Shown: positions 52,798 through 61,658 of the stretch, piece by piece
How positions within the stretch are numbered: the first letter of the stretch is position 1
How the letters are laid out: each line of letters begins with the position of its first letter
From: Vicinamibacterales bacterium
Lineage (GTDB): Bacteria; Acidobacteriota; Vicinamibacteria; Vicinamibacterales; UBA2999
Assembly (NCBI GenBank): GCA_050250875.1
Contig: JBFWNV010000001.1
Span: forward strand, 1,619,891 to 1,683,890
Direction: 5' to 3'
DNA: 64,000 nt
Made by a program: the position numbers and the translations under genes
The notes under the pieces: model-generated
The model's database searches: none
What the model was told of the DNA's origin: nothing
Seen by the model: only the letters and a program-made list of their open reading frames with translations

Positions 52798-53549
52798 CTT
52801 ATCTCGATCCCGCCGTTCCGCGCCGGATCGACGGCTGGCAGAGCCCGGCCCTCGGCCTGCCGATGCCGGTCGTCACCTACGGCGACCGCGGTCGTCCGCT
52901 GCTGCTGTTTCCGACCGCCGCCGCCGACTTCCTCGAGAACGAGCGCTTCTTCCTGGTCAAGGCGATCGAGCCGGCGATCCTCGCCGGCCACGTGCGCGTG
53001 TTCTCCATCGACAGCATCAACAAGCACGCGTGGATGGACCGCGAGGTGCCGGTGGCCGAGCAGGGGCGCCGTCAGGCGCTCTACGCGCGCTACATCGAAG
53101 AGGAAGTGGTGCCGTTCATCCGCCACGCCTGCGGCGACCCGTCGGTGCGCATCGCCACGACGGGCGCCAGTTTCGGCGCGTTCCACGCCGCCAACAGCCT
53201 GTGCCGCCGGCCGGATCTCTTCGACGGGCTGATCGGGATGAGCGGCTTCTACGATCTCGAGCCCGACTATCTGAAGGGCTACAGCGACGCCAACTGCTAC
53301 TTCAACAACCCGGCGTGGTACCTGCGCGAGTTGTCGGGCGAGCCGCTGCGTCTGCTGCAGACCGCCTGCCGCATCGTGATCGTGAGCGGACGCGGCGCCT
53401 ACGAGGCGCCGCAGGCCTCGCAGGCGTTCGCCGACCTGCTCGCCTCACGTGGCATCCCGCACACGCTCGAGTTCTGGGGCCACGACGTGAACCACGACTG
53501 GCCGTGGTGGCGGCGGATGCTGCCGCACTACCTGCCGCAGGTCTGTTGA
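52794..53549 (+). CDS. Alpha/beta-hydrolase esterase-family protein
   Basis: This is the last 251 aa of track ORF 51576..53549, starting at ATG 52794 (ATGA overlap). It has the nucleophile elbow G-A-S-F-G (TTGASFGAFHAANS). The substrate is unknown. Confidence 0.65.
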   Translation: MTYLDPAVPRRIDGWQSPALGLPMPVVTYGDRGRPLLLFPTAAADFLENERFFLVKAIEPAILAGHVRVFSIDSINKHAWMDREVPVAEQGRRQALYARYIEEEVVPFIRHACGDPSVRIATTGASFGAFHAANSLCRRPDLFDGLIGMSGFYDLEPDYLKGYSDANCYFNNPAWYLRELSGEPLRLLQTACRIVIVSGRGAYEAPQASQAFADLLASRGIPHTLEFWGHDVNHDWPWWRRMLPHYLPQVC

Positions 53550-53553
53550 CGGC

Positions 53554-54414
53554 TCACTGCACCGCCGCCAGGCCCTCGGTCAACTCGACGTAGGTGCCCC
53601 ACGGATCGGTGAAGAACGCGATCGCGATGTTGAGCGCCGCCACCTTGGTGTAGGGCCGATCGAACTTCACGCCCTTGGCTTCGAGGTCCTTGACGAACTG
53701 CTCGAGGTTGCGGACCTCGAAGCCGATGTGATCGAGCGCCCGGCCCTTGGTGGAGACCGGCGTCTCGCCGGCCGCCGCGCCGCCGAACGTGAGGTTCACG
53801 CCGGGCAGATCGCCGGCCTCGAAGGTGCCGCGCTTGCCGGGCCTGGCGCCGAGCATCTGCACGTACCACGCTTTCATCGCCGCGATGTCGGGCGCCGCCC
53901 AGTGGATGTGGTGCATGACGATGGCGTGCGGGATCGCCTTGTTCTCGATCAACTCGACCTTGGTCTCGTCGGGGCCCAGCACGAAGGCGAGCCGGTTCGG
54001 GCTGTTCGGCGGGGAGGCGATGTCGTCGACCACGCTGTAGGCCGCGGGCGACTCGGCGCGGGTCGCCATCACGAAGCCGTTGGCCTTCAGGCGGTCGATG
54101 GCGGCGCGCAGGTTCGGCACCTCGAACCCGACGTGGTTCACCACCGTGCCCTTGGTGCCGCCGGTGGCCGCCCGCGCCGTGACGAACACCAGCACGTTGG
54201 GGAACTTGACGATGGTCGCCGGCGAGGTGCCGATGGTGACCGGCGTGCCGCCGAGCCCGTCCACCCAGAACTTGCGGTGCGCGGCGACGTCGCTGGCGTT
54301 GATGTGATGGTGCCCGTAGGCGACCGGGCCGTCCTTGGCGGCGAGCAGCTGCGCCGACGCCGGTGCCGGCAGCAGCAGGAGTCCCGAGACGAGGGCGAGA
54401 CAGAGGATGCGCAT
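53554..54414 (-). CDS. Secreted two-domain VOC (glyoxalase/dioxygenase-fold) protein
   Basis: Track ORF, 286 aa, with signal MRILCLALVSGLLLLPAPASAQ. It contains two VOC-like modules (HHHINASD...VNHVGFEVPNL and MHHIHWAAPD...LDHIGFEVRNL). Confidence 0.8.
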   Translation of the reverse strand: MRILCLALVSGLLLLPAPASAQLLAAKDGPVAYGHHHINASDVAAHRKFWVDGLGGTPVTIGTSPATIVKFPNVLVFVTARAATGGTKGTVVNHVGFEVPNLRAAIDRLKANGFVMATRAESPAAYSVVDDIASPPNSPNRLAFVLGPDETKVELIENKAIPHAIVMHHIHWAAPDIAAMKAWYVQMLGARPGKRGTFEAGDLPGVNLTFGGAAAGETPVSTKGRALDHIGFEVRNLEQFVKDLEAKGVKFDRPYTKVAALNIAIAFFTDPWGTYVELTEGLAAVQ

Positions 54415-54460
54415 AGCCGCCTACGATACCGCCGATTGCGGCTCGGCGCACCGGGTGGCG

Positions 54461-55606
54461 TCAGCGGCGTGGCGACACGCCGGGCCAGGGGTCGGCGAAC
54501 CGCGGATCGCCCAGCAGCGCCTCGTCGGTCAGCGACTCGAGGAACGCGAGAAGGTCGGCGCGCTGGCCAGGCGTGAGCCAGAAGCCGCGCACCCCCTCGC
54601 TCTTGTTCGGGTTGTCGTGGCCGACGCCCTGGTTCGGCCCGTCGGCGATGGTGCGGCCGCCGTCGGCGTAGTGATCGATGACGTCGCCGAGCGTGGCCAC
54701 GCTGCCGTCGTGCATGTAGGGCGCGGTGACCGCGATGTTGCGCAGCGACGGCGTCTTGAACAGGCCGACGTCTTCGGCGCGGCCGGTCTCACGGTGCAGG
54801 CCGGTGTCGCTGGCCGGATACGAGAACGGGCCGCGCAGGTTGTAGAGGCCGTTGTTGCGGAAGGCCGGCGGCCCCGCCGGCTCGGCGCTCATCGCGTTCG
54901 AGAAGTGCACGCCGCCGTGGCAGGTGAAGCACGACAGCGGTCGGCTGTGGAACAGCATCTCGCCGCGCTTCGCCGACGCCGAGATGGCGCTGTCGTCGCG
55001 ATCGAAGTGGTAGCGATCGTAGGGCGAACGCATCGAGACCAGCGCGCGCTCGAACCCCGCCAGTGCCCTGGTCACGTGCTCGACGGTGAAGCGCGTGACG
55101 CCGGGGAACGCCGCGGGCAGCAGGCGCCGATAGGTGGCATCGGCCGACAGCCGGTCGAGCCAGCGGGTGTCGGCGCGGTCGAGTCCGAGTTCGACCGGAT
55201 CGGTGCCGTACATCGGCACCAGGGCCTGATGCTCGAGGCGGGTCATCGCCGGGTTGGCCCACGTCAGCGTCTCGGCGTAGGCCACGTTCACCAGGCTCAT
55301 GCTGCTGCGGACGTGCGCCTGCCCGGTGGAGCCGACGCTGTGCGGCTTGCCGTCGGTGAAGGCGCGGGCCTGCTCGTGGCAGGCGGCGCACGACTGCGTG
55401 CCGTTGGCCGACAGGCGCGTGTCGTAGAAGAGATGCCGGCCCAGCTCGACCAGCGCGTCCGACATCGGGTTGTCGGGCGGCACCTGCGGCGGGCGCACGC
55501 CGGCGGGGAGCGACCACGAGTAGCCGGCCCGCGCCGGCAGTGTCGTGGCGCCGGCCACCGCCAGCCACAGGGCGATGGCGCCCGCAAACGCCGTGCGCAT
55601 GGTCAT
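54461..55606 (-). CDS. Di-haem cytochrome c peroxidase-fold enzyme (MauG/MbnH-like)
   Basis: Track ORF trimmed to MTMRTAFAGAIALWLAVAGATTLPARA (signal). There are two CxxCH motifs (CAACHE, CFTCHG). LFYDTRLSANGTQSCAACHEQARAFTDG is typical of the MbnH/MXAN_0977-like branch. Confidence 0.85.
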   Translation of the reverse strand: MTMRTAFAGAIALWLAVAGATTLPARAGYSWSLPAGVRPPQVPPDNPMSDALVELGRHLFYDTRLSANGTQSCAACHEQARAFTDGKPHSVGSTGQAHVRSSMSLVNVAYAETLTWANPAMTRLEHQALVPMYGTDPVELGLDRADTRWLDRLSADATYRRLLPAAFPGVTRFTVEHVTRALAGFERALVSMRSPYDRYHFDRDDSAISASAKRGEMLFHSRPLSCFTCHGGVHFSNAMSAEPAGPPAFRNNGLYNLRGPFSYPASDTGLHRETGRAEDVGLFKTPSLRNIAVTAPYMHDGSVATLGDVIDHYADGGRTIADGPNQGVGHDNPNKSEGVRGFWLTPGQRADLLAFLESLTDEALLGDPRFADPWPGVSPRR

Positions 55607-55617
55607 GGGCGCGATCG

Positions 55618-56157
55618 CTACTTGCGGAGCCGCACCACCTCGAGCCGCTCGAGCATGCGGATCGAGCGCGCCCCGCGCGAGTCCTTCGGCGCCACGATCC
55701 GCCACGGCCCCTGGTAGGCGAAGAGCGGCTTGCCGTCGATGGTGTCGGCGACCATGATGTCGTTCGCGGTGAACGCGTTGTCGAGTTCCGGCAGCGAGAA
55801 CACCACCTGGTAGCCGTCGGCGGCGCCGGCCGTCACGTAGGTGGCCACGGCGTTGCCGCGCAGGTTCTCACCCAGCGGCACGCCGGCCTTCTTCAGGATC
55901 TCGCCCACCAGCACCCCCTCGTAGGTGACGACGCGGCCCTCGTCCTTCACCTCGGCCCTGGTGCGCGGCATCGCCTTCAGATCGGCGACGCTGAGGGCGA
56001 GCGGGGTGGCGACGTCGCCGGCGACCGTCAGCGTCGTCGGGGCGGCGGCGGTCGGCGCCGCCGGCTTGGCGGTGCCGGGAGCCGCCTGTGCCCCGGCCAC
56101 CGACGGCACGCTCACCGTGAGCGCCAGGAACCAGGCCGCGAGAGCCAATCGAGTCAT
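55618..56157 (-). CDS. Small secreted molybdopterin-oxidoreductase-like domain protein
   Basis: Track ORF 55618..56724 trimmed to Met190 (MTRLALAAWFLALTVSVPSVAGA signal). LTVAGDVATPLALSVADLKAMP...YEGVLVGEILKKAGVP...AADGYQVVFSLPEL...GPWRIVAPKD resembles the stand-alone Oxidored_molyb-type domain. It is only 179 aa. Confidence 0.6.
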   Translation of the reverse strand: MTRLALAAWFLALTVSVPSVAGAQAAPGTAKPAAPTAAAPTTLTVAGDVATPLALSVADLKAMPRTRAEVKDEGRVVTYEGVLVGEILKKAGVPLGENLRGNAVATYVTAGAADGYQVVFSLPELDNAFTANDIMVADTIDGKPLFAYQGPWRIVAPKDSRGARSIRMLERLEVVRLRK

Positions 56158-56177
56158 GAGCGCACTCCCGTCGCAGT

Positions 56178-58292
56178 CTACAGTCCGATCCGCGTCTTGA
56201 CGAAGAAGGTCCGGCCCGGCTGCGGGAAGCCCCATGCCAGCTCGAAGTTGTCGTCGGTCAGGTTGCGCCCGCCGACCATCAGCTCGATGCCGCCCGGAAA
56301 GGTGTACTGCGCCGACAGGTTCAGCATGGTGTAGGCGCCGGTGCGGACGTAGGGGAAGGCGGGGGCCGGGTTCACGTCGCTCCAGCGGTCGCCGGCCAGG
56401 TCGAGGCTGGGCGAGATGGCCAGCCGATCGACGGGCGTGAAGGTGGCGTGCACGAACGCCTTGTGCGTGGGCACGCCGGTGGGCCGCAGGTTGGGCTGCA
56501 GCGCGTCGGTGATGGTGCGGCGGATCCAGGTGTAGTTGCCGCCGACGCGGACCCGGTCGCCGAGCGGCAGGTCGCCGGCCACCTCGGCGCCGTAGAACTC
56601 GCCGTCGCCGACGTTCCGGGTTTGCGTCGTCGCGTCGGGCAGCACCACCGTCTGGATCAGATCGCGCACGTCGCTGTAGAACACCGCGCCTTCGAGCCGA
56701 GCGCCGCCGACCGTGCCCTTCCACCCCAGTTCGAGGTTGGTGGCGCGCTCCGGCCCCAGATCCGGATTCGGCGTGGCGGTGCCGAACCGCGTGCTGTAGA
56801 GCTCGAAGATCACGGGGAAGCGCGCCCGATTCGAGACGCTGGCGTGCACCTCCGCAGTCGGCGTGTAGTACCAGATCGCCGCGCCCTGCCAGTTGAACGA
56901 GTCGGCGCCGCCCCGCGGGTATTCGAAGAGGCCGCGCGCGGCACTGAACTCCTGCGCCTTGTCGATCGCATAGCTTTCGACGCTGACGCCGGCCACGAGA
57001 GCGAGGCTCGCGCTGGCGCGGAACGTGTTCTCGACGGCCAGCGACCAGGTGTGCTGCTCCTGCTCCTGCGTGGGCTCGGTCGTGCTCGCCGTCGGATGCG
57101 TCGGCCGACTGACCTGTGATTCGCTGTGGAAGTCGGCGCGGTAGTGCGCGGCGGCCTTGAGCGTGTTCGCCGCGATCGCCGTCGTGCCCACCTCGACGGT
57201 GCCGCCGTAGGCATGGTCGTCGTAGGGGCTGAAGAAGCGGCCGTTGGCCGATTGCAGGGTGTAGGTGCCGTCGTCGTAGGCCTCGAGCCCGTTCTCGAAC
57301 GTGTTGTAGTAGATGCGGGTCTTGGCGTAAGTCGTGCCGGTGAGCTGGGTGCGCGACAGGAACGAGACGTTCTGCAGGTCCCAGTACGGCCAGCGCCAGT
57401 AGCTGTTGGGCGGCACCGGCGGGTTGTTGTTCACGTTGAGCGGCGCGCCCTTCTCGCCCTCCTGGCGCGTGTAGTTGACGGTGTACTCGTCGGTGGTGTT
57501 CGGCGTGAAGCCGACCTTGGCGTTGACGCGCCAGTCGCGGCTGTCGGAGCCGACCCGGCGGCCGCCGGGCTGCAGCGAGTTGACCGGCGCCGCGTAGTCG
57601 CTGGAGAGCGTCCAGAAGTCACGGTCCGAGGCGTTGAGGCTGCCCTGGGCGTAGAAGCGCTCGTGGCGCGTGCCGGCCATGGCGTAGCCGCTCCACGCCT
57701 CGCGGTCGTCGCGCCCACCCAGCCACGCCGCGCCCTCGACCTCGAGCGGCCGCGTCGGTTTGCGGGTCACCAGGTTGATCGCGCCGCCCATGCCGCCCGG
57801 GCCGTCGATGACCGACGCGTAGCCCTTCTGCACCTGCACGGCGGCGACGTCGGCGGTGAGGAAGCGGGCGAAGTCGAGGCGGTTGTCGGCCGGCAGGTAG
57901 ATGCGGACGCCGTCCATCATCAGTGGCACCTGCCAGCGGCCGAAGCCGCGGACGAACACGTCGCTCTCGTTGCGCCGGCCGTTGGCGTCGAAGGTGCTGA
58001 CCACGCCCGGCACCATGTTCACGGCCTGGTCGAGGTACTGGCGGTCGAAGGTCCACATCGACTCGCGGGTCAGGATGGCGCCGCCGACCCCCGGCGTGCC
58101 CTCGGTGGTGCCGACGACCACGATTTCACCGAGGTCGAAGATGAAGTCGCGATCGCCGGGCTGGGCGGGTGCCGGGGCGGCTGGCGCCGGTGTCGGCTGC
58201 GGCGACGGCGTCTGTGCGTTCGCCGCCCGCCCCGCCAGACCCATGCCCAGCCACGCCATCACTGCCGTCGTCCGCACCCACGCTCGCGTCAT
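56178..58292 (-). CDS. TonB-dependent receptor
   Basis: Track ORF, 704 aa, with a signal peptide and a Pro/Ala-rich linker. It has a plug (VFVRGFGRWQVPLMMDGVRIY, VQKGYASVIDGPGGMGGAINLVT) and a beta-barrel. The C-terminus is TFFVKTRIGL. Confidence 0.9.
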   Translation of the reverse strand: MTRAWVRTTAVMAWLGMGLAGRAANAQTPSPQPTPAPAAPAPAQPGDRDFIFDLGEIVVVGTTEGTPGVGGAILTRESMWTFDRQYLDQAVNMVPGVVSTFDANGRRNESDVFVRGFGRWQVPLMMDGVRIYLPADNRLDFARFLTADVAAVQVQKGYASVIDGPGGMGGAINLVTRKPTRPLEVEGAAWLGGRDDREAWSGYAMAGTRHERFYAQGSLNASDRDFWTLSSDYAAPVNSLQPGGRRVGSDSRDWRVNAKVGFTPNTTDEYTVNYTRQEGEKGAPLNVNNNPPVPPNSYWRWPYWDLQNVSFLSRTQLTGTTYAKTRIYYNTFENGLEAYDDGTYTLQSANGRFFSPYDDHAYGGTVEVGTTAIAANTLKAAAHYRADFHSESQVSRPTHPTASTTEPTQEQEQHTWSLAVENTFRASASLALVAGVSVESYAIDKAQEFSAARGLFEYPRGGADSFNWQGAAIWYYTPTAEVHASVSNRARFPVIFELYSTRFGTATPNPDLGPERATNLELGWKGTVGGARLEGAVFYSDVRDLIQTVVLPDATTQTRNVGDGEFYGAEVAGDLPLGDRVRVGGNYTWIRRTITDALQPNLRPTGVPTHKAFVHATFTPVDRLAISPSLDLAGDRWSDVNPAPAFPYVRTGAYTMLNLSAQYTFPGGIELMVGGRNLTDDNFELAWGFPQPGRTFFVKTRIGL

Positions 58293-58380
58293 GCCTGCTC
58301 CCGGAAGAAGGGCCGCCGGTGCCCGCCGCGCCGGAATGCCGCCTTGGCTTGTAACGTACCGGCACTATTTGGGTCAATTC

Positions 58381-58412
58381 GACTCGATTACAGAGTCGAT
58401 TCGAGTCGATTC
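58381..58412. promoter_or_regulatory. Triple decamer repeat in divergent intergenic region (candidate operator)
   Basis: GACTCGATTA-CA-GAGTCGATTC-GAGTCGATTC. The GACTC/GAGTC cores are reverse complements of each other. The repeat lies between the receptor ATG (58292, minus) and the amino-acid ABC operon start (58476, plus), in a locally AT-richer patch. Confidence 0.4.
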
Positions 58413-58475
58413 TGGTCGCCGGCGGGGCGGCGACGACGGCGCAAGTGGTGCCGCGGAAGCGGATAGAATCCGCGC

Positions 58476-59243
58476 GTGTCGTCCGCGCCGCTCCGCCCCG
58501 CGCTCGCCGTCGTCGTCCTGCTCGCCGCCGCCGCGGCGGCCGGGGCGCAGACCCGTCCTCTGGTCGTCGGCTCGAGCGCGACCTACCCGCCCTTCGCCTA
58601 CGAGACGCCGTCGCGGCAGATCGTCGGCTTCGACGTGGACGTGATTCAGGCGATCGCGCAGAAGGCCGGGCTCGCCGTGCGGATCGTCAACACGCCGTTC
58701 ACGGGCGTCTTCGCCTCGCTCGACAACGGCGACCTCGACGTGGTCATCTCGGGCGTCACGATCACCGACCGCCGGCGCCAGTCCTACGACTTCACCGCGC
58801 CCTACTTCGAGGCCCGCCAGCTCATCGCCGTGCCGGCCGCCAGTGCGGTGCGCACCCTGCAGGACCTGACGGGCAAGAAGGTCGGCGTCGTGACCGGCAG
58901 CACCGCCGACGACGTCGCCTCGCGCACGTTCGGCAAGACCAGTCCGAACATCCGCCGCTTCGACACCACCCCGCTCATCGTCGCCGAACTGGTCGCCGGC
59001 GGCGTCGACGCGGCGATTGGCGACAACGGCGTGATCGCCTACCGCGTGCAGGAGCACAAGGGCCTGAAGACGGTAAACGACCCGTCGTTTCCGAAGGAGT
59101 ACTTCGGCATCGTCGTGAAGAAGGGCAACACGGCGCTGCGCGACCGGCTGAACGCCGGGCTCGCCGCCATCGTCGCCGACGGCACCTACGCCCGCCTGTA
59201 TCGCACCTGGTTCAAGACCGAACCGCCGGTGCTGCCGAAGTAG
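58476..59243 (+). CDS. Amino-acid ABC transporter substrate-binding protein (family 3)
   Basis: Track ORF with a GTG start and a signal peptide. YPPFAYETPSRQIVGFDVDVIQAIAQKAGL and DVVISGVTITDRRRQSYDFTAPYF are family-3 SBP signatures. Confidence 0.88.
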   Translation: MSSAPLRPALAVVVLLAAAAAAGAQTRPLVVGSSATYPPFAYETPSRQIVGFDVDVIQAIAQKAGLAVRIVNTPFTGVFASLDNGDLDVVISGVTITDRRRQSYDFTAPYFEARQLIAVPAASAVRTLQDLTGKKVGVVTGSTADDVASRTFGKTSPNIRRFDTTPLIVAELVAGGVDAAIGDNGVIAYRVQEHKGLKTVNDPSFPKEYFGIVVKKGNTALRDRLNAGLAAIVADGTYARLYRTWFKTEPPVLPK

Positions 59244-59255
59244 TCAGCCGCGCCG

Positions 59256-60026
59256 ATGGACGAGCCCGTCCTGTGGTTCGGGTGGTTCCGCGCCGACATC
59301 GTCGCGGAGTACGCCGACCTTTTCTGGCAAGGCCTGCGGATGACCATCGGGGTCACCGTCATCGGCATCGTCCTCGGCGCGCTGCTCGGGCTGGTGATCG
59401 GCATGGCCCGGCTCGCCGACGCCCGCCACGCCCCCGGCCGCCAGCTGGCCCGTTACCTGCTGCGCTGGCCGGCCACGGTCTACGTCAGCTTCTTCCGCGG
59501 CACGCCGCTCTTCGTGCAGATCATGCTGATGCACTTCGCCGTGGTGCCGCTGCTGATGAACCCGGCCGACGGCCTGCTGGTGAGCGGCGACACCGCCCGA
59601 ACGCTGCGGCAGGATTACGGCGCGCTCGTCTCGGGCGTGCTCGCCCTCACCCTCAATGCCGGCGCCTACATCTCCGAGGTGTTCCGCGCCGGCATCCAGT
59701 CGATCGACCGTGGCCAGGTCGAGGCGGCGCGCTCGCTCGGCCTGTCGTATCGCCGCACCATGTACCACGTGGTCCTGCCGCAGGCCTTCCGCCGGATGCT
59801 GCCGCCGCTCGGCAACAACGCCATCGCGCTGCTCAAGGACTCGTCGCTGGTCTCGGCCATCGGCCTGTCGGAGCTGGCCTACGCGGCCCGCACCGTGGCC
59901 GGCGCCTATTCACGCTACTGGGAGCCGTATCTCACCATCGCCGTGATGTACTGGATGCTGACGCTGGCGCTCGCCTACGCGGTGCGCCGCCTGGAACACC
60001 GCTATGGCCGCGGCGATACGCGTTGA
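59256..60026 (+). CDS. Amino-acid ABC transporter permease (HisMQ/GlnP type)
   Basis: Track ORF, 256 aa. The EAA loop is [34 protein letters not shown]. Confidence 0.9.
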   Translation: MDEPVLWFGWFRADIVAEYADLFWQGLRMTIGVTVIGIVLGALLGLVIGMARLADARHAPGRQLARYLLRWPATVYVSFFRGTPLFVQIMLMHFAVVPLLMNPADGLLVSGDTARTLRQDYGALVSGVLALTLNAGAYISEVFRAGIQSIDRGQVEAARSLGLSYRRTMYHVVLPQAFRRMLPPLGNNAIALLKDSSLVSAIGLSELAYAARTVAGAYSRYWEPYLTIAVMYWMLTLALAYAVRRLEHRYGRGDTR

Positions 60027-60735
60027 GGCGCTGACCAAGCGATTCGGCGCCCTGGCGGTGCTGCGCGGCATCACCTGCGAGGTGCAGCCGTCGGAGGTGG
60101 TGTGCGTCATCGGCCCGTCGGGGTCGGGGAAGAGCACGCTGCTGCGCTGCCTGAACGGCCTGGAGGAGGCGACGAGCGGCCGGGTGACGGCCCTCGGCGT
60201 GCCGGTGCACGATGCCGCCACCGACCTGGACGCGCTGCGGGCCGAGATCGGCATGGTGTTCCAGCGCTTCAACCTGTTCCCGCACAAGACCGTGCTCGAC
60301 AACCTCACGCTGGCGCCACGGGCCGTGCGCGGACTGTCGCCGGGCGAGGCGCGGGCCCGCGCCGAGGCGCTGCTCGAGAAGGTGGGGGTGCTCGACAAGC
60401 GCGACGCCTGGCCCAATCAGCTGTCGGGCGGCCAGCAGCAGCGGGTGGCCATCGCCCGGGCGCTGGCCATGCAGCCGAAGGTGATGCTGTTCGACGAGCC
60501 GACGTCCTCGCTCGACCCCGAGATGGTCGGCGAGGTGCTGGCGGTGATGCAGACCCTGGCCGACGAGGGCATGACGATGGTCGTCGTCACGCACGAGATG
60601 GGCTTCGCCCGCCGGGTCGCCGACCGGGTGCTGTTCCTCGACGAGGGCCTCCTCGTGGAGGAGGGCGCGCCGGACGACCTCTTCGACCGTCCGCAGCAGG
60701 CGCGAACCCGGCGGTTCCTCAGCAAGGTACTGTAG
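60004..60735 (+). CDS. Amino-acid ABC transporter ATP-binding protein (GlnQ-like)
   Basis: Track ORF, 243 aa. Motifs present: Walker [10 protein letters not shown], signature [14 protein letters not shown] and Walker [12 protein letters not shown]. Confidence 0.92.
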   Translation: MAAAIRVEALTKRFGALAVLRGITCEVQPSEVVCVIGPSGSGKSTLLRCLNGLEEATSGRVTALGVPVHDAATDLDALRAEIGMVFQRFNLFPHKTVLDNLTLAPRAVRGLSPGEARARAEALLEKVGVLDKRDAWPNQLSGGQQQRVAIARALAMQPKVMLFDEPTSSLDPEMVGEVLAVMQTLADEGMTMVVVTHEMGFARRVADRVLFLDEGLLVEEGAPDDLFDRPQQARTRRFLSKVL

Positions 60736-60750
60736 GACCGGCTCGAGCGC

Positions 60751-61188
60751 TCAGCGCTTGCGTACGACCTCGACCGAGCACGGCGCGTGCAGGACCACCG
60801 AATGCGCCACCGACCCCAGCAGGAACCGACCGGGGGCGCCGTGACCGTGGGTTCCCAGCACGACCAGATCGGCCTGCCAGCGCTCGGCTTCGTCGACGAT
60901 CAGCTGCTTGGGCGAACCCTCGAGGATCTCACTGGTCACCGTCAGCCCGGGCCGGGCCAACTGCGCCACCGCCCGCTCGACGATCTCCGGGGCGTGCTTC
61001 CTCGCCTTGTCGAGATGGTCGAGAGCCACGAAGGCGAGAACCAACGCCGGATCGACCGCGAACGGCACCGCGGTGTGGATCACCGTCAGCACCTTCACCT
61101 CGGTGCCCTCCGGCCACGTACGCGCCGCGACTTCAGCTATCGCGGCCGTGCCGGACGGCGAGCCATCGGTTGCTACCAGTATCTTCAT
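60751..61188 (-). CDS. Universal stress protein (UspA family)
   Basis: Track ORF, 145 aa. MKILVATDGSPSG...ADLVVLGTHGHGAPGRFLLGSVAHSVVLHAPCSVEVV carries the USP ATP-binding motif G-2x-G-9x-G(S/T). Confidence 0.88.
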   Translation of the reverse strand: MKILVATDGSPSGTAAIAEVAARTWPEGTEVKVLTVIHTAVPFAVDPALVLAFVALDHLDKARKHAPEIVERAVAQLARPGLTVTSEILEGSPKQLIVDEAERWQADLVVLGTHGHGAPGRFLLGSVAHSVVLHAPCSVEVVRKR

Positions 61189-61301
61189 TGTTGCGGCCTC
61201 GCTGCGAGCCGATCAGGCACTAGCATAGCCCGGGCCCTCGCCCACGATCGACGGCGTCGTGCCGGTGGCCCGGGCTCGACGACGGCGGCGCGGAGGGACG
61301 C

Positions 61302-61633
61302 GTGACGACGTTCGCCTGGATTGTCGGCAGCTCGGTCGCGATGACCGGCATCGCGTGGGTGGGACTCGCGATGGCGCTGCGGCCCTGGTGGCCAACTTCG
61401 CCTCGGCAGCGACGATCGTTCCCGGTGCGCTCGTCGCCTATTACCTGTCCGCCGACGCCGACATCACCATGCTGTTGTCGTTCGCCGCCGGCAACTTCAT
61501 CTACATCGCCGCGTCGGATCTGATCCCCGAGGTCAAGCTCGGCCGCCGGCTGCGGGACAGCCTTGTGCACTTTGCCGCCTTCGTCGCCGGGATCGCGATG
61601 ATCGCCCTGACCCGGCTGGTGGTCGGCGGCTGA
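61302..61633 (+). pseudogene. ZIP-family metal transporter remnant (internal deletion and frameshift)
   Basis: Frame 1 (61302-) reads MTTFAWIVGSSVAMTGIAWVGLAMAL, like a ZIP TM1. Frame 2 (track ORF 61259..61633) reads LVANFASAATIVPGALVAYYL...LLSFAAGNFIYIAASDLIPEV, like the last two ZIP TM helices. The central metal-binding helices are missing. Confidence 0.45.
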
Positions 61634-61658
61634 CCCCGGGGTCGCGCCGCTCGCGGCC

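Noticed and set aside
58293-58375. Possible cobalamin or other riboswitch in the leader of the TonB-dependent receptor
   Set aside because: The leader is short. I could not find a B12 box or any conserved riboswitch core by eye. A covariance-model scan would be needed to revisit this.
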